NCBI GenBank assembly: GCA_964013405.1
Contig: CAXGWI010000088.1
Location: forward strand, 1-15,039
Length of the DNA stretch: 15,039 bases
Source: an uncultured Myxococcales bacterium
GTDB lineage: Bacteria; Myxococcota; UBA4151
Direction of reading: 5' to 3'
A model generated the notes under the pieces. That model did not search any database and was not told the origin of the DNA. It saw nothing but the letters and a program-made list of their open reading frames with translations. Position numbers and translations under genes: made by a program. Position 1 is the first letter of the stretch. Each line of letters starts with the position of its first letter. Of this stretch, positions 1-5,829 are shown piece after piece.

Positions 1-204
1 ATCGTTCCTCGTGCCCCCGACGACTTCGTGCCTGGAAGTTTCCGTAATTGGAGCCCGTCTTCCGACGGTAATGGTGGCAGTACTCAGCCTCCGCCTCCTC
101 CGCCCCAGGCTGTAGAAGGCTGTGGTTGCCAGGGCGGACCTGGCGCTGCCGGGCTGTTTGGGCTTTTGGCCTTCCTCTGGGCGAGGCGCCGTCGCGCGTG
201 GTAA
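1..204 (+). CDS. 3' end (partial) of a surface protein with a MYXO-CTERM-like C-terminal sorting signal
   Basis: Frame 1 is open from base 1 to TAA at 202-204: IVPRAPDDFVPGSFRNWSPSSDGNGGSTQPPPPPPQAVEGCGCQGGPGAAGLFGLLAFLWARRRRAW*. A Gly/Ser/Pro linker, GCGC (118-129), a hydrophobic stretch and RRRR match the MYXO-CTERM layout. Absent from the ORF track, presumably because its start lies upstream of the window. Confidence 0.85.
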   Translation: MVPRAPDDFVPGSFRNWSPSSDGNGGSTQPPPPPPQAVEGCGCQGGPGAAGLFGLLAFLWARRRRAW

Positions 205-584
205 AAAAGTTCGGTCCTCGCAAAGATCTCCGGGTGCCGATCCGGGCTGCGATCCAGGTGATCCGGGAAGATGGCGTTCGTCGTTTTGTGAGCGAGAACC
301 TAGGACTTACTGGGCTCTTCTTTAAGGGGGATGGCGACGGCCTCCGTTTGGGGCCGATTCGACTGAAAATCCGGCTACCCGATGATGATGGCAGCCAAGA
401 ACCCATCGAAGCCACCGGCGAAGTGGTGCGGTTTGAGCCAGATGCTGGGGGGCAGGTGGGTCGAGGTGTGAGATTTCTAGAGTTGAGTCGAGAAGCTCGG
501 GATCGGATCACGACGGCGATGGGTAAATTTCGCGGTCACGAGCCGACGGAGGACGCCCTAGACTCCGGTGACCCGCCGGGCTAA
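198..584 (+). CDS. Stand-alone PilZ domain protein (putative c-di-GMP receptor), about 128 aa
   Basis: RKDLR (RxxxR), ENLGLTG (variant of D/NxSxxG), IEATGEVVR and GVRFLEL follow the PilZ pattern. Start moved from 126 to the in-frame GTG at 198, which overlaps the end of the upstream gene and puts RxxxR near the N-terminus. Confidence 0.85.
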   Translation: MVKKFGPRKDLRVPIRAAIQVIREDGVRRFVSENLGLTGLFFKGDGDGLRLGPIRLKIRLPDDDGSQEPIEATGEVVRFEPDAGGQVGRGVRFLELSREARDRITTAMGKFRGHEPTEDALDSGDPPG

Positions 585-616
585 ACCCCGCCCCAGATCC
601 GAGAAAGTCCAGTCTT

Positions 617-1309
617 ATGATCCGTCCTTTTGCTTTGTCTGTGCTCGCCCTCACCGCCTGCGCTGAACCTTATGTCACGACCGCCATGGGTGGTGATTTT
701 AGTTCGGCAGATATCGAGTTGAACGGTGGGGGTTGGGCCTGGTGGCTCACCGATGACGGCACCGACGAAGCCGTTGATCCAGCCCGATTGCAGCTTCGGT
801 TTACGGGGGCCACCACGATCGATCCGGTTCTGGATTATCGCTACGTCAACAGCGCGATCAGGACAGAGGCAGCAGCCGATTGGGCCCGCGCTCCTCGCCT
901 GACCCTTGATGTTCGGGCCTTTCTAGACGGCAAGCAACTCGAAGCCAATGAGGAGTACACCAAGGTCCATATCGATCCGGATCCGACGCTCCACGTTGGC
1001 CGGAGTTCGGGGCTCACCCCCGGGGCTGAGTTGCCCGGCAACGAGAACATGGTCGGCAGCCGTCATGAGTATGTTTTGCAACTATCTAACGTGAGCATGG
1101 AAGCTGGCGACGTCCTCACCGGAAAGTTCAACTGGAAGGTCCAACGCAAGGATGATGGGACGGATCCAGCGGGGGTGATGACCGGCGAGATGGCTTTTAA
1201 CTTCAGTGTTCCGGTCGTCAGCGAGCGGGTGGCCCATTGCAACGAGGTGACCCATTTTGGGGTGGCCTACGACCACTTTCGCGATTGGCCCTGCGAAGGG
1301 CTCGAGTAA
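617..1309 (+). CDS. Uncharacterised lipoprotein, paralog 1 of a five-gene array (230 aa)
   Basis: Signal peptide with lipobox LTAC. Shares the motifs LNGGGWAWW, LQLRFTG-DPVLDYR and FSVPVVSERVAHCN...WPCEG with the next four genes. Confidence 0.85.
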   Translation: MIRPFALSVLALTACAEPYVTTAMGGDFSSADIELNGGGWAWWLTDDGTDEAVDPARLQLRFTGATTIDPVLDYRYVNSAIRTEAAADWARAPRLTLDVRAFLDGKQLEANEEYTKVHIDPDPTLHVGRSSGLTPGAELPGNENMVGSRHEYVLQLSNVSMEAGDVLTGKFNWKVQRKDDGTDPAGVMTGEMAFNFSVPVVSERVAHCNEVTHFGVAYDHFRDWPCEGLE

Positions 1310-2007
1310 TGGGGCGGCTGAGTATCGTCTTCGCTTTGGGCCTCGCAGCCTGCGGCGGTATCGAGCCGGCTGAGACGCGGACCACTGTCACTGTCACCGG
1401 CGACGTGGATGGCCGAGCGCCCGTCTTTTCCGGGGCAGGGTGGGCTTGGGAGCGCCCCCGGGCCGATCATGGGGCCTTGGGCGTAGACTACTACGAATTG
1501 CACCTCGTGTTGACGAATGCCAACATGGACCCTCTTGTCCACCTCGAGTCCTTGCCGGTTTTAACCCGTCACGATCTCGCTCGAGAGGCCGCCTTGGGCG
1601 ACTTCATTCATGTGACGATGATTCGGCGGGGTGAGGGTGAAGAAGTTGAGAACAACGGTACCTATCCTGAAGCCACTGCGCTCAACGATACGGCCGAGGC
1701 TCAGTTGGTCTTCGGCTCCCAGCGTGGCCCCAACGAGCCAACGCAAGCGACTCTTGGGCAGCGCCCATTCAAGACCGGCCAGGTGTCTAGTTGGCAGGTC
1801 ATGACTGGAGACGTGGAGCGCCCCAGTCGGGATGTCGCCGGTGCTCTAGACGGGCGATTTAGCTTGGATCTAGTCGAGGGTAATACCCCCCTCGGTGGCT
1901 TGGATCTCGATGTTCAGGTGCCACTGGTTGGTGAGGGTTATGGCTCCTGCCAGTTGAGCCTTCTAAGTCGACCGGAGGGGACCTCGTGTTTCGTTGCTAC
2001 GGAATAG
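1309..2007 (+). CDS. Uncharacterised lipoprotein, paralog 2 (most divergent, about 232 aa)
   Basis: ATG at 1309 overlaps the previous stop (TAATG). MGRLSIVFALGLAAC carries a lipobox. Family motifs FSGAGWAW, LHLVLTNANMDP and VQVPLVGEGYGSCQ...TSC are present. Confidence 0.8.
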   Translation: MGRLSIVFALGLAACGGIEPAETRTTVTVTGDVDGRAPVFSGAGWAWERPRADHGALGVDYYELHLVLTNANMDPLVHLESLPVLTRHDLAREAALGDFIHVTMIRRGEGEEVENNGTYPEATALNDTAEAQLVFGSQRGPNEPTQATLGQRPFKTGQVSSWQVMTGDVERPSRDVAGALDGRFSLDLVEGNTPLGGLDLDVQVPLVGEGYGSCQLSLLSRPEGTSCFVATE

Positions 2008-2729
2008 GCACGCTCCTGCTGTTAAGCGCTTGTGGGCCCGGATTCACCGTCGTCTTTGAGGACAGTACAAAGTGGAGTGGCCGGGCGCTGCAACTCGACG
2101 GGACCGCGTACGCGTGGTGGCGGGACTACAATAGCCAGACGCCCGATGAGCAATTGGATCCGGGCATTCTCGAACTCCGGTTTATAGGCCTTCGCTATGA
2201 CGCACATCGAGAATGGCGAAGGGCCCCAGGGGCTGAACGGCTCGCACTGTGGAGCGAGGCCCGCGCCAGCGACGCCATGTGGGTCAGTGTGCTCCATGTC
2301 GACGGAGACCACATGCGTTCCGGACAATGGGATCGGGACGATGATGGTCGGAACTGTCTCGTTCCCTGCGTTCTGGAGCAGTGTCAGGACGTGTTTCAAT
2401 GTGAAGGTAAGGTCGACCTTCGGGCCAATATTATCGTCCCTGTTCCTGATCGAGAGGAACCGATCGATGCCAGCGGGGGGGCTCCCAAAACCGCGATGGT
2501 GAACCGGTCCTTCGGAACCGACTGGCACTTGAGCCTAGATCAGGCCGACCGAGAGGCTGGCGGTCGGGTCGCTGGGGCCCTGACGCTGACTGCCGATGAG
2601 GATGGGCAAGAGGAGATCGGGCTTCGATTTGATGTACCGGTGCTCAATACGCGCCTCGCAGGCTGTAATGAACGATCTCAATTGGGGTCTCGACCGGATG
2701 TCTTTCCCTGCGAAGGGAGCGCCCCGTGA
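1986..2729 (+). CDS. Uncharacterised lipoprotein, paralog 3 (247 aa) with a four-Cys insert
   Basis: GTG start preceded by a GGAGGGG RBS; lipobox LSAC-GP. Motifs LDGTAYAWW, LELRFIG and FDVPVLNTRLAGCN...FPCEG. Confidence 0.85.
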   Translation: MFRCYGIGTLLLLSACGPGFTVVFEDSTKWSGRALQLDGTAYAWWRDYNSQTPDEQLDPGILELRFIGLRYDAHREWRRAPGAERLALWSEARASDAMWVSVLHVDGDHMRSGQWDRDDDGRNCLVPCVLEQCQDVFQCEGKVDLRANIIVPVPDREEPIDASGGAPKTAMVNRSFGTDWHLSLDQADREAGGRVAGALTLTADEDGQEEIGLRFDVPVLNTRLAGCNERSQLGSRPDVFPCEGSAP

Positions 2730-3550
2730 AATGGCTCCCTCTCTACCTCTTCGCCATCGTGCCCCTGGCTGGCTGCGGTCCGAGTTTTGAGACCCTGGAA
2801 GGGGGCTTCGAACCGGTTCAGCCCAAGCTCGATGGTTCGATGTTCGCGTACTTTCGTACGGTGGAGCTGGATCATACGAGTTCAGCGAGGCCCTTGCCCT
2901 ATGGGGAACGCGATCTGAAGTGGCTACACCTTCGGTTCTTAGGTGGCGTCTTCGATCCGGCCCTCGACTACCGCTTCGCCGATTTTGAGGCCCAATCCGC
3001 GGCTTGGGACGCGTTCGGCGAGGACCGACTCTTCGTCGACATGAGCGATTTGGATACGGCAGGAATCCCGGTCACCGGGCTGCGCTATCAGCGTGGACTG
3101 CATAAAGCGAACGTGGACCAAGCGCCCCGCTGCGCCCCGGCCAATGTATGTATCGGTTCGCCGCTCTCCGACTGTCCTTTGGACCGCCACAGGGATTGCC
3201 TCAATGGTCGCGTGGTCTTCCAAACCACCCTCGCCGTCGGCCGGTATTCGAAACAAGCCATCGACACTGAAGCCGTTCCTCGCCGACCCATGCAGCCGGC
3301 CGCCGGCGCCTCCCAGGACTGGGAAGTGACCTTCGACCGCCTGGACGAGGAGGCGGGGGGCCGCATCAGCGGAGAGATCGGACTGACCCTTGAGCGGGGT
3401 CACACCCAGGAAGGCGATATCTATCGGGGGCAATGGAAGTTCCGCTTCGACGTCCCGGTGATTTCTGAGTCCCTCGCCCGGTGCAACGAGAGTCATCACT
3501 ACGGCGCGATCGATGGGCGCTATGATGAATCGGATTGTTCCGCACCATGA
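2726..3550 (+). CDS. Uncharacterised lipoprotein, paralog 4 (274 aa) with a four-Cys insert
   Basis: GTGA overlap with the previous stop; lipobox LAGC-GP. Motifs LDGSMFAYF, LHLRFLG-DPALDYR and FDVPVISESLARCN...SDC. Confidence 0.85.
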   Translation: MKWLPLYLFAIVPLAGCGPSFETLEGGFEPVQPKLDGSMFAYFRTVELDHTSSARPLPYGERDLKWLHLRFLGGVFDPALDYRFADFEAQSAAWDAFGEDRLFVDMSDLDTAGIPVTGLRYQRGLHKANVDQAPRCAPANVCIGSPLSDCPLDRHRDCLNGRVVFQTTLAVGRYSKQAIDTEAVPRRPMQPAAGASQDWEVTFDRLDEEAGGRISGEIGLTLERGHTQEGDIYRGQWKFRFDVPVISESLARCNESHHYGAIDGRYDESDCSAP

Positions 3551-4332
3551 GCACCATCCGAAGCTTGCTGAGTTGCTGTGTCGTCGCTGTCGTGGGCTGT
3601 GGTCCCTCTGTGACCGTTGATGCAGATGCGAGCACGCTGACGCCCCGCACGCCGGAGATCGATGCCACGGTTTGGGGGACTTGGATCACGCAGCATTTGG
3701 ATGGCGGGCAGGCCAAGACACGCCCGTATCCTCTGCTGCATCTGGTCTTTGAAGGGGTGTCTTACGACCCAAAGTCGGAGCTTCGCCTGCTCCCCTCGGC
3801 TGAGCGCATCGCTCTTCTCGATGAGCGGGTGCGTCGCGACCGACTTGAAGTCATCCTGGCGCCGAGTGGTGATGAAGGGTTGCCGGTCGGTACACCCTTT
3901 GGCCAGAGTTTTGGTTCGGATTTATGTCGGGCAGCGGCTAACGCTTGTACCCGTGAGGTTTGCCCCGACTCCATCCGCCAACCCTGCGAGATGGACGTTG
4001 CCCTGCTCGCCGAACTCTCAATGCCAGTGGGTGATGAACTCAATGCGGAGAGCGAGATGCCCTCGGGCCCGGCTGCGGACCATCGGGGGCCGCTGGATCG
4101 GTGGGAGATGGAGTTGTCCGAGGGGGGCGAACAGCCCGGAGGAACTTGGTTGTCGGGACGTTTAGCCCTGGAGTTTGATGCCCTCGATGAACGACACCAT
4201 GGCATCCTCGCTCTGCGTTTCAGCGTGCCGCTGCTGCCGGAGCGCATGGCCCGGTGTAATCTGGCTCAGTTCAATACCCTTGGCCCCGTAGACGGTTGGC
4301 CCTGCGATGGCGAGGGGGAGGCTGTGCCATGA
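3547..4332 (+). CDS. Uncharacterised lipoprotein, paralog 5 (about 261 aa) with a four-Cys insert
   Basis: ATGA overlap at 3547-3550; lipobox VVGC-GP. Motifs IDATVWGTW, LHLVFEG-YDP and FSVPLLPERMARCN...WPCDG. Confidence 0.85.
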   Translation: MSTIRSLLSCCVVAVVGCGPSVTVDADASTLTPRTPEIDATVWGTWITQHLDGGQAKTRPYPLLHLVFEGVSYDPKSELRLLPSAERIALLDERVRRDRLEVILAPSGDEGLPVGTPFGQSFGSDLCRAAANACTREVCPDSIRQPCEMDVALLAELSMPVGDELNAESEMPSGPAADHRGPLDRWEMELSEGGEQPGGTWLSGRLALEFDALDERHHGILALRFSVPLLPERMARCNLAQFNTLGPVDGWPCDGEGEAVP

Positions 4333-5387
4333 GTCGGGTGGCCGTTGGCCTCAGCGGCGGTGTGGACAGTTCGGTCACAGCCGCATTGCTCAAGGAGGAA
4401 GGTCACGAGGTCATCGGTCTCGGGATGCGGCTCTACGACAACCCGGTTCCCGACAGTCGCTCCTGTTGCAGTCCCGATGACCTGTTTGATGCTCGCTACG
4501 TGGCCGACCTCCTCGATATTCCTTACTATACACTCGACTTCAGGGAGGTGTTCCGTTCGGCGGTTATGGAGCCTTGGGCCGCCGGCTATCGGCAAGGACT
4601 GACGCCCAACCCCTGCATCGCCTGCAACGGCACGGTGAAGTTTCAAGCCCTCGCTGCCCGGGCAGATCTTCTGCAATGCGACTTCTTGGCCACGGGTCAT
4701 TTCGCCCGTGTCGAGGAGGTGGATGGTCGACATCGACTTGGGCGGGCCCGGCACCGGGCGAAAGATCAGAGTTATTTTCTCTATCCGGTGCCCGCTGACC
4801 GGCTCGCTCGTTTCCTGTTACCCCTGGGCAATTGGACCAAGGAAGAAGTCCGAGCTCGAGCTTCGACCTTAGGCCTCCCGACCGCGAAGAAGCGGGAGAG
4901 CCAGGATGCTTGCTTTGTGACGCCAAGGGAGCCCCATGAGGTGGTTGCGGAGATCAGTGGCGAGCCGGTGGTGCCTGGGGCGATCGTGACGAAGGGGGGG
5001 GAACGCCTAGGGACGCACAAGGGTTTTGAAGCCTACACGATTGGCCAGCGTAAGGGCCTCGGTCTCGCCGGAGGACCTTGGTTTGTGACCGACTTAAGGC
5101 CGGAGACAAACGAGGTCGTGGTTCAGAAGCAGCAACAGCGAACGCTGCAACGCCTCCGGATAGACGACGCTTTTTGGCATATTGAACCCCAAGAAATGGC
5201 GGTGTCCGTGCGGACAAGGTCTGGCGCAGAGCCCGTGCCTGCTCGCCTTTTGCCCCAAGGCGACGGTGGCCTCGTCGTTGCGTTCGAAGACCCTGTCTCG
5301 GCTCCGGCGCCTGGCCAGGTGGCCGTCGCATACGACGGTGATTGGATCGTCTGTGGCGGGCCCATCCGGTGGCTGCCCGGGGCCTGA
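4329..5387 (+). CDS. mnmA: tRNA-specific 2-thiouridylase MnmA (about 352 aa)
   Basis: PP-loop SGGVDSS, TPNPCIACN, ATGHFAR, KDQSYFL, ESQDACF, YTIGQRKGLG and PGQ are all MnmA motifs. Start moved to the ATG at 4329 (ATGA overlap). Confidence 0.97.
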   Translation: MSRVAVGLSGGVDSSVTAALLKEEGHEVIGLGMRLYDNPVPDSRSCCSPDDLFDARYVADLLDIPYYTLDFREVFRSAVMEPWAAGYRQGLTPNPCIACNGTVKFQALAARADLLQCDFLATGHFARVEEVDGRHRLGRARHRAKDQSYFLYPVPADRLARFLLPLGNWTKEEVRARASTLGLPTAKKRESQDACFVTPREPHEVVAEISGEPVVPGAIVTKGGERLGTHKGFEAYTIGQRKGLGLAGGPWFVTDLRPETNEVVVQKQQQRTLQRLRIDDAFWHIEPQEMAVSVRTRSGAEPVPARLLPQGDGGLVVAFEDPVSAPAPGQVAVAYDGDWIVCGGPIRWLPGA

Positions 5388-5423
5388 CTCGGATCCGCTT
5401 CAGCAGTTGGGTAGGGTGTGCCT

Positions 5424-5459
5424 CGTCACAATTTTTTGTCGTCCTCGCCAAAATGCCCG
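5424..5459. promoter_or_regulatory. Candidate upstream activator (bacterial enhancer-binding protein) sites for the sigma-54 promoter
   Basis: CGTCACAATTTTTTGTCG contains the dyad ACAA-N4-TTGT, and a second A-tract element CGCCAAAATGCCCG starts 22 bp further on. Both lie roughly 80-110 bp upstream of the -24 box, a typical enhancer position. No specific regulator can be assigned. Confidence 0.4.
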
Positions 5460-5535
5460 AATCAGAAGCAGAAACGTGACGATGAACAAGACATAGAAGT
5501 CAGCTTGAATAGCCACCCACGCCCGGCGTCGGAAT

Positions 5536-5552
5536 CTGGCACGAAAGCTGCT
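5536..5552 (+). promoter_or_regulatory. Sigma-54 (RpoN) -24/-12 promoter
   Basis: CTGGCACGAAAGCTGCT matches TGGCAC-N5-TTGCW with one mismatch. GG (5538-5539) and GC (5550-5551) are separated by exactly 10 nt. Intergenic, about 60 bp upstream of an RBS and ATG. Confidence 0.75.
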
Positions 5553-5612
5553 GGTTAACCTGATGTGGTGTCGAAGGGAATCGACACTGAAGGCAAGGAG
5601 AGGGAGGGAAAC

Positions 5613-5783
5613 ATGAAGGTCTACCTACCTGTGGTTGAGCGACGCCGTTCGGACCGCGAGCACGTCTTAGAGTTGCCGGTGCCCCCTCCCCCTGAACCGA
5701 AACCGCAGGCAGAGCCCGAAGAGGCCGGCGGCGGTGAGGTGGTTCTGGACCTGTTCCATGAGGATGACCCTTTCGTCATCTAA
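5613..5783 (+). CDS. Small (56 aa) Pro-rich, acidic-tailed hypothetical protein
   Basis: Strong purine-rich RBS (AGGAGAGGGAGGGAAAC) directly before the ATG at 5613. Sequence MKVYLPVVERRRSDREHVLELPVPPPPEPKPQAEPEEAGGGEVVLDLFHEDDPFVI. Sits downstream of the sigma-54 promoter. Confidence 0.75.
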   Translation: MKVYLPVVERRRSDREHVLELPVPPPPEPKPQAEPEEAGGGEVVLDLFHEDDPFVI

Positions 5784-5829
5784 AGTTGACGTTGTGCTGG
5801 TGACTTCTCGTCTCCTGCTCTGTTAAGGG

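Noticed and set aside
122..197. ORF-track starts at 122 and 126
   Set aside because: This stretch encodes the MYXO-CTERM-like tail in frame 1. PilZ fits a start at 198, and the 67-aa ORF at 122-325 has no support.
1237..4328. Longer ORF-track starts at 1237, 3535 and 4296
   Set aside because: The downstream ATGs at 1309, 3547 and 4329 overlap the preceding stops and give proper signal peptides or the normal MnmA N-terminus.
617..4332. Diversity-generating retroelement, CRISPR or recombinational cassette explanation for the paralog array
   Set aside because: No reverse transcriptase, recombinase or long near-identical DNA repeats are visible. Only short matches such as CCCTGCGAAGGG at the ends of paralogs 1 and 3 were seen, which reflect the conserved PCEG peptide.
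5786..5791. TTGACG as a -35 box upstream of the cyclase (a similar hexamer occurs at 14970-14975)
   Set aside because: No credible -10 hexamer lies 16-18 bp downstream in either case.
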